DNA of 64,000 nt from Mytilus trossulus (lineage: Eukaryota): positions 22,568,001 to 22,632,000 of the forward strand of contig NC_086376.1 in assembly GCF_036588685.1 (NCBI RefSeq), read 5' to 3'. Made by a program: the position numbers and the translations under genes. The first letter of the stretch is position 1; each line of letters starts with the position of its first letter. Positions 37,502 through 52,473 of this stretch are shown here, one piece after another. Below the pieces are notes generated by a model. It saw only the letters and a program-made list of their open reading frames with translations, ran no database searches and was not told where the DNA came from.

Positions 37502-40484
37502 TATGTACTAAATTTAGTCCTGGTATCTATGATGAGTGTATCGTGTATCTATTACCTGTAGTTGATATTGAATTGTATATATGATTTAGAACTTTCCAAC
37601 TGGCAAAGACCCTACAATATTGAATAACTATGTGTTGCTCCGTTAGTTGTCTTATCAAAGTAAACTAACTTTCTCCGTCAAATATGAATATATCTTTATT
37701 ACAAATTGGCATATAATAGTATTTGCACTGGTTAATTCATAGAAAGTTTCACTATAAAACTCATAATAAAATATGAATGGTTTCAAAACAATATTTTTGC
37801 ATTCAAACAATATTCCATAAATATATTTTTCTGTTTACAATCACCTTGATACAATAAACAATATAAATAATTTGACCTATAAATGGAAATAACCTTTCAG
37901 CAAATATCAGGAAATAAAGCGCATAAAACTAATAAATTATAATGAATCACATTAAAAAGTTGTATTCGAAGACAAAAGGAAATATGGTAAATGATAAAGG
38001 ACTTTGTCACTTTCAACGTTTAATAAAATTAAAGTTATACTTTCCTCAAAACCATCAAATAATAAGCCATATTTTGTACCATGACTGAAACAATTGACAT
38101 AAAAAAGATGTGATATAAGTACCAAATGAAACAGCTCTAAACCAAAGACCAAACTACGTAAAGGGATGAAACTATTTGTCACTCCAAGGCGTTGATGCTA
38201 ATTTTTGAAATTATTGTTCAATACCACTCGTCAACATATTGCTGAATGTGTTACAAAGTAAAGAGGTCCAAATCAACAATAATTTGTGGCATTTAAAATG
38301 TCACTTGACTTTCTCCTAATGTCAGCAGCTGTTATATATATAGAGACTTTATTATTATTATGACTTACATTTTGTTATCAGTCACATAAGATTAGAATAC
38401 AAATTAATTATCACTCTAGTTTAATAATGATAATCATGGTAAAAAAAATGTACGTAACAATTGGAACTTGTGGTGGGTCTAGTTGTCTAACGACACGTTC
38501 TAACTCAGCCTCTAGTAAATCTGATGACCGGAATGAGTATCTAAAACATGTGAAAACTGTTTCCTTCCATATCAAAAGCAATTTAATTTCTTGACAAAAT
38601 GTCGTGCCATTTTTGCACTTCTCCACAAAAAATCTGTTATGAGAACCTCTACTCAAGCATATTTCTTTTGATCACCACAAAAATGTTTTATTATCTGTTT
38701 TTAAATCTTCCGTTTTTATTTATATAATTTATTTGGTAAACAAGGGTCGTAATTATATCACAGATTACTCTATATTGTATTAGAGTTGGCTCCTGAAGTG
38801 ATTTGAATATGCATGTAGTCATTGAATCTAGAAAATGCTTGAAACGTTTAGAAATTTAGAAATATTCATGTTAAACCTTCCGGTCTGTTTAATAATCTAC
38901 TTAAACTACTTTTAACAGTTTTTTATCATGGTGTTCTGTTACAAAACTGTCATAGTTATTGGGAGGTTGAACTCGTCAAGCTAGTTAACAACGCCACCTT
39001 CTGTATGTGCCAGTTCTAAGTCAGTGTATGCTGTTATTTAGTTGTTATGGTTTGTCGCTGTGTTTGCATATTTGTTTATCGCTTATTTTTTTGTACATTA
39101 ATTACGCCAATAGTTTTCTCGCTTGAATTGTTTTATATTTCTCATATATATATAACATTTATAGCCGACTATATGGTATGGTCTTTGCTAATTGTTGAAG
39201 GCCTAACGGTGTACTATAGATATTAATGTCTATGTCATTTTAGTATCTTTTGTCGAGATGTCTCATTAGCAAACATACCACATCTTCTTTTTATTTGTAC
39301 TAAACATCTACATCAAGTGTATTTAAGAAATAGTATGCAATTAAAAATCCATCCTTAGCATGACATAATTCATATTTCATAGAAATATTTATTGTAAAAT
39401 TCATAATAAGCTAGAAATGGGCCAACAAATAATTTTTCTATTAAACTAAATGTCATCAATAAATTTGTCTGATTATTATCACCTCAGTACTGTAAGCAAT
39501 GTTATAGAATGTACTGTTATCAGTACGTGTAAAAAGCCAAAGTAAAGGTTACAACGACAATGTGTGAACATGTATGCTTCATAACAAATAATGTGTAATA
39601 ACAGTAACCTCTTCAGTTTTATAAGATCAAAATTATGGCTGTTTTTCATTACTTCATGAGAAATAAACAATACAGAAAAATGTTTAATTGTGTTATGGAC
39701 AATTACAAATCGGTCCACAATAGTCTTAATGCTCATTTGTTTATAGATATCGTCTTTTTTTTAAATCACAAAAATCTATCAATGAATCAGATTGATTTAT
39801 GTTTCTATTCGTGATGACCTAATAGCTGTATAAAAGTGTATTCACTTAGAAAATCACTGCTCCATGAAAATACTAAACAGTAACGTTTAAATTGCATCTT
39901 TGAATGATCCTAAGATAGATAAATAAGAGCAAATTATAAACGAGCTAATTGAAGTAATTGTAATCAAGATCAGACATAGTGCATGGACATCTACAAAGAA
40001 CCAAAAGATGCTAAAGTATTAACATAACTCATAAGTCGAAAACAAAATACTAATGCCATGGGTAAAAACAACCAAAAGACGCTGTAAAAAAACAGCAACA
40101 AAACTTCAAATGTTATAAATTCTTTTATTATTAATTGTATATACAGTTGTAGGAACGGTGTAATGTTCGAGAGTATCTGTCATGATAACAGCCTAATGTC
40201 AATATTCCTTATTGACTCCAAACTCAAGAATTATATACATAAACTGTTACTATAGTATAATCCCTCAAATACAATTGAGTCTTTTCACGATGCCGTTTTG
40301 CAGGTATCATTTAAAACAAAATAGTCCTTAGTTCGTCAAAACAATTATGTAAGTCAACGCTGCTGACGTATACAAAGTGTCTAGGATCTTTACTTAGTTC
40401 GGCCAAACACTGCATGATAATTTTTAATTGTTCAAAACCAGCAAAATTTTAAACTCACACTTGGTATTGTGAGATAAATTAAAA

Positions 40485-41673
40485 TCACCAAGCAGAAAAC
40501 TCTTTCTGTATCTGACAAGATGAATAAAAAACATTAGAGCTCGGTTTGAATGATGACAATGTACAGTATGTGGATGGTACAATGAATGAGTGCCCTCCTG
40601 ATAAGGATTGAGAAACTGGAAACAGTGGATCGCTTCCGAATGACTGCATGACTGCTGGCAATTGCGTTCTTGTCGTTCCGAATGTAGATATAGGAGACTG
40701 AGTATTTTGATGTGAGTTGTAAGGTTTTGTATGCATAAAGGATCCTTTCATTGAGTATGGATGAAATCCAATTGGCGATGATGTCATTGGTACATATCCG
40801 TTATTACTTCGTGCGTAGAATTGATTAGATAAGCCATCGACTGTTTTTGCAGAACTTTTTCTTGCTCTTCGCCTTGCATTTCGACGCCTGAAGTCTCCTT
40901 TTTCAAAATCCTCAATACATGCTAAGTGAACAGACCAATAGTTGCCTTTCCCGTTATTAGACCGGCCATTTTTCACGAAACATTCGTTGAGAGAAAGATT
41001 ATGCCGTATGCTGTTCCTCCATGCTTTTTCCTTGTTATTGTAGAGAGGAAAATTATCCATTATGTATTGATATATATCATTGAGTAATAGTTTCTTGCTC
41101 GGTTTACTCAGAATTGCCATTGAAATCATAGCGATGTACGACTGTGATGGCTTCTTGTTGGTGTTACTTGAAGACAAGATATCCTTGATTGATCTGTCAA
41201 ACGATATCTGAACCTACGAAAATAAACAGAAATGTTATAGAAAATAAACCAAACAAAAAATTTAGAAATAAAAAGAGAGGGATCGATATTTAAAAATAAT
41301 GATGATATTAATTAGTATCATTATGAATATTGACACTTTGTAACAAATAAAATGTAATTGTTGGTTTGCATATTATTGAAAACATGTATCTGATATATAC
41401 ATGAAATTCTTCGCCCTTATATATTCTTATTTTCTATCAAAGAAATAAATATCTTTTCTTTTTAAATAGCATTAAAAAAAATAATATTCCTCTACCAATT
41501 TACCAACATACCTGTGCAATAGATTCATCACTGTCACTGTGGCTACTTTCACTCTCACTTGTACAAAGAGACGGTGTCCAAACTTCATCACCTTCGCTTG
41601 AGAAAGAATCTCGTTTGACTCTTTCTGTATTTCCCCTGTTCAAATAATAACTGCTTATATGTGAATTATTCAT
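40485..41673 (-). CDS. FoxQ2: FoxQ2-class copy 7, intact (exon 1 41673-41512, exon 2 41213-40485)
   Basis: Complete two-exon ORF, canonical splice sites, forkhead domain. Confidence 0.9.
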
Positions 41674-42388
41674 GATTCCTAAATTTATTGGAACAATCTT
41701 GTTGAGAGAAGATTACAGAATGACTTATACTGTTTGCGTTACAGAATATATACCAGACAAACCTGTTATTTTTCACAGTTCTAAGTCACGTGATCTGATT
41801 CAAATGGCATTGTTTCTAGATTAACGGGTCATAATGTTGAATAAAAATATGTTGACAATACAAATTGTATTCATAGTTATAAAAAATATTTCGTTGGAAA
41901 ATATAGATATTGATAATACCAACATTAACGTCATGTAGAGCACAAAACGAATCCAAAATAAAGGCAACAGTAGTATACCGCGATAAAGATAGAGAAAAAA
42001 ACAAATCCGGGTTGCAAACTCAAACTGAGGGAAATGCATCATATATAAGAGAACTATAACACAACAGAACCACAACATCTTAATTTTGAATGTTTTAGAA
42101 ATGCCCTAGATTTATTGGTACAAAAAAGAACTCACTGAGGCTTAAGCTTTGAAACTTCAAAACTACCTTTCGTCTACGTGAGACACATAAGTTAAAATCG
42201 AATCAAACCAGTTAAACCCCAAATTAATATCGAAAATGAGGAGTATTATAAGCAAACTTTTCGAATAGTTTTGTCAAAATTGTGTGTGTGTTTGTAAGTT
42301 TTTTTGGGGGGTATACACAACTTAATGACACTGTGTATGTGTCATTGAGTATATCTTCCACTCTGAATAAAATTTCAATTGATAGATA

Positions 42389-42640
42389 GAGGTCTCGGTG
42401 GCCAAGTTGTCTAAGTGGTTACTACGTTAATCACAATTCAGTCAACATTAAAGTTGCTGGTTCGAAACTCGCCCGTATGTGTTAACTCGACTCAAATCTT
42501 AATTGACTAGGATTGTCAGTTTCCAAACGAAGATCTGTAGTTTTCCCTTGTTCAATGGCACCCTCCAGCAATAAAATATGGTCGCCAAGAAATAGCCCAA
42601 AAGTGGCGCTTAAAAATGGCACTTAAACACCAACAATAAT
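42389..42640 (+). mobile_element. tRNA-derived SINE, full-length form (also about 45981-46232, 49594-49845, 53186-53437, 63029-63277)
   Basis: A-box TGGCCAAGT(G/T)G, B-box GGTTCGAAAC, and a body ending AAAATGGCRCTWAAACACCAACAAT, resembling mollusc SINE tails. Confidence 0.65.
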
Positions 42641-44085
42641 TCCATCTGAAGCTTTGTTTTTGCATAACCTTTTTTTTTTAAATCTGTGCAGTTAATAGAA
42701 AGTTTTATTATTTCAACTGCGCATTAAAAGAAAATTCATGTGCATTTTGTGTGAAGCTATTCGAATTTTTACAATTTTATCTATAATTGTAATAGAGTAC
42801 AATAGACTCGATTAACTTATATGTGCCCTTGAATATTGCGCACATAAAACTTATAAGGTAAAATGAATCATATTCATAGATACAACAGTAAACGTTCAAT
42901 GAATTAATAGGTATAAATATACGTTATACTTTTTCTTGAAAACCATCAAACAATACGGCATATTGTGTATCATTTAACACTGAAACAATGAACATAAAAG
43001 ATGTGTTATGATTGCCTATGATACAAGTCTCAACCAAAGACCAACGACGTAAAGGGAAAAATAATATAACTCTATGGCCTTCATGCTAATTTTTAAATTA
43101 TTGTTCAATACTTCTCGTCAATATATTGTTGAAGGTGTACCAAAGTAATGAAGTACAAATCAACACCAATTTGTGGCTTTTAAATGTCACTTGTCTTTCT
43201 CAAAATGTCAGCAGGTGTCAATTATATATATATAAAGACTTTCTTATTATTTTGCCTTACATTTGCTATAAGGCACATAAGATTGAAAATATGAGTGTGT
43301 TATCAATCTAGATTTGTTACGACACCACTTGTATAAAATGTTGTCGTCATTAACATATTTGACTGTGGACCTAGTTGTCAAACGACACGTTCGTACACAG
43401 CCTGCAGAAATCCTGAGGATCAAAACGAATATGTTAAACACTAGAATACTGTTTCGAATAATATTACAAACAACTTAATTTTTTTTTCATAAAAAAAATA
43501 TATTTTTTGCACTTCTCTATTAGTTTGCCTATTTGTCTAAAGATTGGTTTGGCCATGAAGCTCAAGAAGCATTACAGTCCCTCCCAAATTATAAACGAGC
43601 TAAGAACCAAAAGATGCTAAAGTATTAACATAACTCATAAGTCGAAAACAAAATAATAATGCAACCAAAAAACAACCAAAAGACGCTGTAAAAAAAAAGC
43701 AACAAAACTTCAAATGTTATAAAAAAAAAATTATTAATTGTATATACAGTTGTAGGAACGGTGTAATGTTCCAGAGTATCTGTCATTATAACAGCCAAAT
43801 GTCAATATTCCTTATTGACTCCAAACCCAAGAATTATATACATAAACTGTTACTATAGTCTAATCCCTCAAATACAATTGAGTCTTTTCACGATGCCGTT
43901 TTGCAGGTATAAATTAAAACAAAAAAGTCCTTAGTTCGTCAAAACAATTATGTAAGTCAACGCTGCTGACGAATACAAATTGTCTAGTATCTTTACTTAG
44001 TTCGGCCATACTCCATGATAATTTTCAATTATTCAAAACCAGCAAAAATTTAAACTCACACTTGGTATTGTGAGATAAATTAAAA

Positions 44086-45268
44086 TCACCAAGCAGAAAA
44101 CTCTTTCTGTATCTGACAAGATGAATAAAAAACATTAGAGCTCGGTTTGAATGATGACAATGTACAGTATGTGGATGGTACAATGAATGAGTGCCCTCCT
44201 GATAAGGATTGAGAAACTGGAAACTGTGGATCGCTTCCGAATGACTGCATGACTGCTGGCAATTGCGTTCTTGTCGTTCCGAATGTAGATATAGGAGACT
44301 GAGTATTTTGATGTGAGTTGTAAGGTTTTGTATGCATAAAGGATCCTTTCATTGAGTATGGATGAAATCCAATTGGAGATGATGTCATTGGTACATATCC
44401 GTTATTACTACGTGTGTAGAATTGATTAGATGAGCCATCGACAGTTTTTGCAGAACTTTTTCTTGCTCTTCGCCTTGCATTTCGACGCCTGAAGTCTCCT
44501 TTTGCAAAATCCTCAATACTTGCTAAGTGAACAGACCAATAGTTGCCTTTACCGTTATCAGACCGGCCATTTTTCACGAAACATTCGTTGAGAGAAAGAT
44601 TATGCCGTATGCTGTTCCTCCATGCTTTTTCTTTGTTATTGTAGAAGGGAAAGTTATCCATTATGTATTGATATATATCATTGAGTAATAGTTTTTTGCT
44701 CGGTTTACTCAGTATTGCCATTGAAATCATAGCGATGTACGAGTGCGAAGGTTTCTTGTCGGTGGTACATGAAGACAAGATATCCTTGATTGATCTGTCT
44801 AACGATAATTGAACCTACGAAAATAAACAGAAATGTTATAAAAAATAAACCAAACAAAAATTTAGAAATAAAAAGTGAGGGATCGATATTTAAAAATAAT
44901 GATGATATTAATTAGTATCATTATCAATATTGACACTTTGCAACAAATAAAATGTAATTATTGTTTTGCATATAGTTGAAAACCTGTATATGATATATAC
45001 ATAAACTTCTTCGCCTTTTAATACTGCTAATTTTTTTATCAAAGAAATAAATATCTTTTCTTTTAAAAAAGCATAAAAAAAATCCTCTACCAATTTACCA
45101 ACATACCTGTGCAATAGATTCATCACTGTCACTGTGGCTACTTTCACTTTCACTTGTGCAAAGAGACGGTGTCCAAACTTCATCACCTTCGCTTGAGAAA
45201 GAATCTCTTTTGACTCTATCTGTATCTCCCCTGTTCAAATAATAGATGCTTAATTGTGTATTATTCAT
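44086..45268 (-). CDS. FoxQ2: FoxQ2-class copy 8, intact (exon 1 45268-45107, exon 2 44814-44086)
   Basis: Complete two-exon ORF, canonical splice sites, forkhead domain. Confidence 0.9.
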
Positions 45269-47688
45269 GATTCCTAAAATAGTTAGAACAATCTTGTTGA
45301 GAGAAAATTACAGAATGACTTCTACTGTTTGCGTTACAGAATATATACCAGACAAACCTGTTATTTTTCACAGTTCTGAGTCACGTGATCTGATTCAAAT
45401 GGCATTGTTACTAAATTAACGGGTCATATTGTTGAATAAAAATATGTTGACAGTACAAATTGTATTCATAGTTATAAAAAATATTTTGTTCGAAAATATA
45501 GATATTGATAATACCAAAATTAACGTCAAGTAGAGCACAAAACGAATCAAAAATAAAGGCAACAGTAGTATACCGCGATAAAGATAGAGAAAAAAACAAA
45601 TCCGGGTTGCAAACTCAAACTGAGGTAAATGCATCATATATAAGAGAACTATGACACAACAGAACCACAGCATCTTAATCTTGAATGTTTTAGAAATGCC
45701 CTAGATTTATTGGTACAAAAAAGAACTCACTGAGGCTTAAGCTTTGAAACTTCAAAACTACCTTTCGTCTACATGAGACACATAAGTTAAAATCGAATCA
45801 AACCAGTTAAACCCCCAATTAATATCGAAGTTGAGGAGTATTATAAGCAAACTTTTCGAATAGTTTCGTCAAAATTGTGTGTGTGTTTGTAAGGTTTTTT
45901 TGGGGGTATACACAACTTTATGACACTGTGTATGTGTCATTGAGTATAACCTTCCACTCTGAATAAAATTTCAAATGATAGAGGTCTCGGTGGCCAAGTG
46001 GTCTAAGTGGTTACTTCTTTAATCACAATTCTGTCAACATTAAAGTTGCTGGTTCGAAACTCGCTCGTATGTGTTAACTCGACTCAAATCTTAATTGACT
46101 AGGATTGTCAGTTTCCAAACGAAGATCTGTAGTTTTCTCTTGGTTCAATGGCACCCTCCAGCAATAAAATATGGTCGCCAAGAAATAGCCCAAAAGTCGC
46201 TTTTAAAAATGGCGCTAAAACACCAACAATTAATCCATCTTAAGCTTTGTTTTTACATAACCTTTTTTTTTAAATATGTGCAGTGAATAGAAAGTTTTAT
46301 TTTTTCAACTGCGCATTAAAAGAAAATTCATATGCATTTAGTGTGAAGCTATTAGAATTTTTGCAATTTTATCTATAATTGTAATAGAGTACAATAGACT
46401 CGATTAACTTATATGTGCCCTTGAATATTGCGCACATAAAACTTATACAGTAAAATGAATCATAATAGAAAGCAGTATTCATAGATAAAACAGTAAACGT
46501 TCAATGAATTAATAGGTATAAATATACGTTATACTTTTTCTTGAAAACCATCAAACAATACGGCATATTGTGTATCATTTAACACTGAAACAATGAACAT
46601 AAAAGATGTGTTATGATTGCCTATGATACAAGTTTCAACCAAAGACCAACCGACGTAAAGGGAAAAATAATATAACTCTATGGCCTTCATGCTAATTTTT
46701 AAATTATTGTTCAATACTTCTCGTCAACATATTGTTGAAGGTGTACCAAAGTAATGTAGTACAAATCAACACCAATTTGTGGCTTTTAAATGTCACTTGT
46801 CTTTCTCAAAATGTCAGCAGGTGTCATATATATAGACTTTATTATTATTATGACTTACATTTTGTTATAAGGCACATAAGATAAAAAAATATGAGTGCGT
46901 TATCAATCTAGATTTGTTACGACACCACTTGTATAAAATGTTGTCGTCATTAACAGATTTGACTGTGGACCTAGTTGTCAAACGACACGTTCGTGCACAG
47001 CCTGCAGAAACCCCTGAGGATCAAAACGAAAATTTTAAACACTAGAATACTGTTTCGAATAATATTACAAACAACTTAATTTTTTTTTTATAAACAAAAT
47101 ATATTTTTTGCACTTCTCTATTAGTTTGCCTATTTGTGTAAAGATTGGTTTGGCCATGAAGCTCAAGAAGCATTACAGTCCCTCCCAAATTATAAACGAG
47201 CTAAGAACCAAAAGATGCTAAAGTATTAACATAACTCATAAGTCGAAAACAAAATACTAATGCAACCAAAAAACAACCAAAAGACGCTGTAAAAATACCA
47301 GCAACAAAACTTCAAACGTTTTAAATTCTTTTTTTATTAATTGTATATACAGTTGTAGGAACGGTGTAATGTTCCAGAGTATCTGTCATGATAACAGCCA
47401 AATGTCAATATTCCTTATTGACTCTAACCTCAAGAATTATATACATAAACTGTTACTATAGTATAATCCCTCAAATACAATTGAGTCTTTTCATGATGCC
47501 GTTTTGCAGGTATCATTTAAAACAAAATAGTCCTTAGTTCGTCAAAATAATTATGTAAGTCAACGCTGCTGACGTATACAAATTGTCTAGTATCTTTACT
47601 TCGTTCGGCCATACTGCATGATAATTTTCAATTATTCAAAACCAGCAAAATTTTAAACTCACACTTGGTATTGTGAGATAAATTAAAA

Positions 47689-48878
47689 TCACCAAGCAGA
47701 AAACTCTTTCTGTATCTGACAAGATGAATAAAAAACATTAGAACTCGGTTTGAATGATGACAATGTACAGTATGTGGATGGTACAATGAATGAGTGCCCT
47801 CCTGATAAGGATTGAGAAACTGGAAACAGTGGATCGCTTCCGAATGACTGCATGACTGCTGGCAATTGCGTTCTTGTCGTTCCGAATGTAGATATAGGAG
47901 ACTGAGTATTTTGATGTGAGTTGTAAGGTTTTGTATGCATAAAGGATCCTTTCATTGAGTATGGATGAAATCCAATTGGCGATGATGTCATTGGTACATA
48001 TCCGTTATTACTTCGTGCGTAGAATTGATTAGATAAGCCATCGACTGTTTTTGCAGAACTTTTTCTTGCTCTTCGCCTTGCATTTCGACGCCTGAAGTCT
48101 CCTTTTGCAAAATCCTCAATACATGCTAAGTGAACAGACCAATAGTTGCCTTTCCCGTTATTAGACCGGCCATTTTTCACGAAACATTCGTTGAGAGAAA
48201 GATTATGCCGTATGCTGTTCCTCCATGCTTTTTCCTTGTTATTGTAGAGAGGAAAATTATCCATTATGTATTGATATATATCATTGAGTAATAGTTTCTT
48301 GCTCGGTTTACTCAGAATTGCCATTGAAATCATAGCGATGTACGACTGTGATGGCTTCTTGTTGGTGTTACTTGAAGACAAGATATCCTTGATTGATCTG
48401 TCTAACGATATCTGAACCTACGAAAATAAACAGAAATGTTATAGAAAATAAACCAAACAAAAAATTTAGAAATAAAAAGAGAGGGATCGATATTTAAAAA
48501 TAATGATGATATTAATTAGTATCATTATGAATATTGACACTTTGTAACAAATAAAATGTAATTGTTGGTTTGCATATTATTGAAAACATGTATCTGATAT
48601 ATACATGAAATTCTTCGCCCTTATATATTCTTATTTTCTATCAAAGAAATAAATATCTTTTCTTTTTAAATAGCATTAAAAAAAAATAATATTCCTCTAC
48701 CAATTTACCAACATACCTGTGCAATAGATTCATCACTGTCACTGTGGCTACTTTCACTTTCACTTGTACAAAGAGACGGTGTCCAAACTTCATCACCTTT
48801 GCTTGAGAAAGAATCTCGTTTGACTCTTTCTGTATTTCCCCTGTTCAAATAATAACTGCTTAAATGTGAATTATTCAT
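47689..48878 (-). CDS. FoxQ2: FoxQ2-class copy 9, intact (exon 1 48878-48717, exon 2 48417-47689)
   Basis: Complete two-exon ORF, nearly identical to copy 7 at an offset of 7204. Confidence 0.9.
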
Positions 48879-51290
48879 GATTCCTAAATTTATTGGAACA
48901 ATCTTGTTGAGAGAAGATTACAGAATGACTTATACTGTTTGCGTTACAGAATATATACCAGACAAACCTGTTATTTTTCACAGTTCTAAGTCACGTGATC
49001 TGATTCAAATGGCATTGTTTCTAGATTAACGGGTCATAATGTTGAATAAAAATATGTTGACAATACAAATTGTATTCATAGTTATAAAAAATATTTCGTT
49101 GGAAAATATAGATATTGATAATACCAACATTAACGTCATGTAGAGCACAAAACGAATCCAAAATAAAGGCAACAGTAGTATACCGCGATAAAGATAGAGA
49201 AAAAAACAAATCCGGGTTGCAAACTCAAACTGAGGGAAATGCATCATATATAAGAGAACTATAACACAACAGAACCACAACATCTTAATTTTGAATGTTT
49301 TAGAAATGCCCTAGATTTATTGGTACAAAAAAGAACTCACTGAGGCTTAAGCTTTGAAACTTCAAAACTACCTTTCGTCTACGTGAGACACATAAGTTAA
49401 AATCGAATCAAACCAGTTAAACCCCAAATTAATATCGAAAATGAGGAGTATTATAAGCAAACTTTTCGAATAGTTTTGTCAAAATTGTGTGTGTGTTTGT
49501 AAGTTTTTTTGGGGGGTATACACAACTTAATGACACTGTGTATGTGTCATTGAGTACATCTTCCACTCTGAATAAAATTTCAATTGATAGATAGAGGTCT
49601 CGGTGGCCAAGTTGTCTAAGTGGTTACTACGTTAATCACAATTCAGTCAACATTAAAGTTGCTGGTTCGAAACTCGCTCGTATGTGTTAACTCGACTCAA
49701 ATCTTAATTGACTAGGATTGTCAGTTTCCAAACGAAGATCTGTAGTTTTCCCTTGTTCAATGGCACCCTCCAGCAATAAAATATGGTCGCCAAGAAATAG
49801 CCCAAAAGTGGCGCTTAAAAATAGCACTTAACCACCAACAATTATTCCATCTGAAGCTTTGTTTTTGCATAACCTTTTTTTTTTAAATCTGTGCAGTTAA
49901 TAGAAAGTTTTATTATTTCAACTGCGCATTAAAAGAAAATTCATGTGCATTTTGTGTGAAGCTATTCGAATTTTTACAATTTTATCTATAATTGTAATAG
50001 AGTACAATAGACTCGATTAACTTATATGTGCCCTTGAATATTGCGCACATAAAACTTATAAGGTAAAATGAATCATATTCATAGATACAACAGTAAACGT
50101 TCAATGAATTAATAGGTATAAATATACGTTATACTTTTTCTTCAAAACCGTCAAACAATACGTCATATTGTGTATCATTTAACACTGAAACAATGAACAT
50201 AAAAGATGTGTTATGATTGCCTATGATACAAGTCTCAACCAAAGACCAACGACGTAAAGGGAAAAATAATATAACTCTATGGCCTTCATGCTAATTTTTA
50301 AATTATTGTTCAATACTTCTCGTCAATATATTGTTGAAGGTGTACCAAAGTAATGAAGTACAAATCAACACCAATTTGTGGCTTTTAAATGTCACTTGTC
50401 TTTCTCAAAATGTCAGCAGGTGTCAATTATATATATATAAAGACTTTCTTATTATTTTGCCTTACATTTGCTATAAGGCACATAAGATTGAAAATATGAG
50501 TGTGTTATCAATCTAGATTTGTTACGACACCACTTGTATAAAATGTTGTCGTCATTAACATATTTGACTGTGGACCTAGTTGTCAAACGACACGTTCGTA
50601 CACAGCCTGCAGAAATCCTGAGGATCAAAACGAATATGTTAAACACTAGAATACTGTTTCGAATAATATTACAAACAACTTAATTTTTTTTTCATAAAAA
50701 AAATATATTTTTTGCACTTCTCTATTAGTTTGCCTATTTGTCTAAAGATTGGTTTGGCCATGAAGCTCAAGAAGCATTACAGTCCCTCCCAAATTATAAA
50801 CGAGCTAAGAACCAAAAGATGCTAAAGTATTAACATAACTCATAAGTCGAAAACAAAATAATAATGCAACCAAAAAACAACCAAAAGACGCTGTAAAAAA
50901 AAAGCAACAAAACTTCAAATGTTATAAAAAAAAAATTATTAATTGTATATACAGTTGTAGGAACGGTGTAATGTGCCAGAGTATCTGTCATTATAACAGC
51001 CAAATGTCAATATTCCTTATTGACTCCAAACCCAAGAATTATATACATAAACTGTTACTATAGTCTAATCCCTCAAATACAATTGAGTCTTTTCACGATG
51101 CCGTTTTGCAGGTATAAATTAAAACAAAATAGTCCTTAGTTCGTCAAAACAATTATGTAAGTCAACGCTGCTGACGAATACAAATTGTCTAGTATCTTTA
51201 CTTAGTTCGGCCATACTCCATGATAATTTTCAATTATTCAAAACCAGCAAAAATTTAAACTCACACTTGGTATTGTGAGATAAATTAAAA

Positions 51291-52473
51291 TCACCAAGCA
51301 GAAAACTCTTTCTGTATCTGACAAGATGAATAAAAAACATTAGAGCTCGGTTTGAATGATGACAATGTACAGTATGTGGATGGTACAATGAATGAGTGCC
51401 CTCCTGATAAGGATTGAGAAACTGGAAACTGTGGATCGCTTCCGAATGACTGCATGACTGCTGGCAATTGCGTTCTTGTCGTTCCGAATGTAGATATAGG
51501 AGACTGAGTATTTTGATGTGAGTTGTAAGGTTTTGTATGCATAAAGGATCCTTTCATTGAGTATGGATGAAATCCAATTGGAGATGATGTCATTGGTACA
51601 TATCCGTTATTACTACGTGTGTAGAATTGATTAGATGAGCCATCGACAGTTTTTGCAGAACTTTTTCTTGCTCTTCGCCTTGCATTTCGACGCCTGAAGT
51701 CTCCTTTTGCAAAATCCTCAATACTTGCTAAGTGAACAGACCAATAGTTGCCTTTACCGTTATCAGACCGGCCATTTTTCACGAAACATTCGTTGAGAGA
51801 AAGATTATGCCGTATGCTGTTCCTCCATGCTTTTTCTTTGTTATTGTAGAAGGGAAAGTTATCCATTATGTATTGATATATATCATTGAGTAATAGTTTT
51901 TTGCTCGGTTTACTCAGTATTGCCATTGAAATCATAGCGATGTACGAGTGCGAAGGTTTCTTGTCGGTGGTACATGAAGACAAGATATCCTTGATTGATC
52001 TGTCTAACGATAATTGAACCTACGAAAATAAACAGAAATGTTATAGAAAATAAACCAAACAAAAATTTAGAAATAAAAAGTGAGGGATCGATATTTAAAA
52101 ATAATGATGATATTAATTAGTATCATTACCAATATTGACACTTTGCAACAAATAAAATGTAATTATTGTTTTGCATATAGTTGAAAACCTGTATATGATA
52201 TATACATAAACTTCTTCGCCTTTTAATACTGCTAATTTTTTTATCAAAGAAATAAATATCTTTTCTTTTAAAATAGCATAAAAAAAATCCTCTACCAATT
52301 TACCAACATACCTGTGCAATAGATTCATCACTGTCACTGTGGCTACTTTCACTTTCACTTGTGCAAAGAGACGGTGTCCAAACTTCATCACCTTCGCTTG
52401 AGAAAGAATCTCTTTTGACTCTATCTGTATCTCCCCTGTTCAAATAATAGATGCTTAATTGTGTATTATTCAT
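51291..52473 (-). CDS. FoxQ2: FoxQ2-class copy 10, intact (exon 1 52473-52312, exon 2 52019-51291)
   Basis: Complete two-exon ORF. The exon 2 protein is identical to copy 8 (offset 7205). Confidence 0.9.

Larger units (their letters stand above)
25230..39990. repeat. Older segmental duplicate of about 5460-17190
   Basis: Collinear landmarks: copy-1-type 5' flank, Penelope relic, copy-2-type gene, hammerhead repeat, ORF pairs 14859/37952 and 16723/39479. The two segments differ by TE insertions. Confidence 0.85.

Noticed and set aside
41816-42078. Recurrent hydrophobic small ORFs in spacers (also 19027, 45416, 49026, 52621, 56222, 59355, 62463)
   Set aside because: They recur only because the unit is duplicated. 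Starts are mostly non-ATG and variable, composition is AT-driven, and they are absent from the older unit types.
45981-46062. Possible tRNA gene
   Set aside because: A and B boxes are present, but there is no convincing cloverleaf or acceptor stem and it continues into a SINE-like body.
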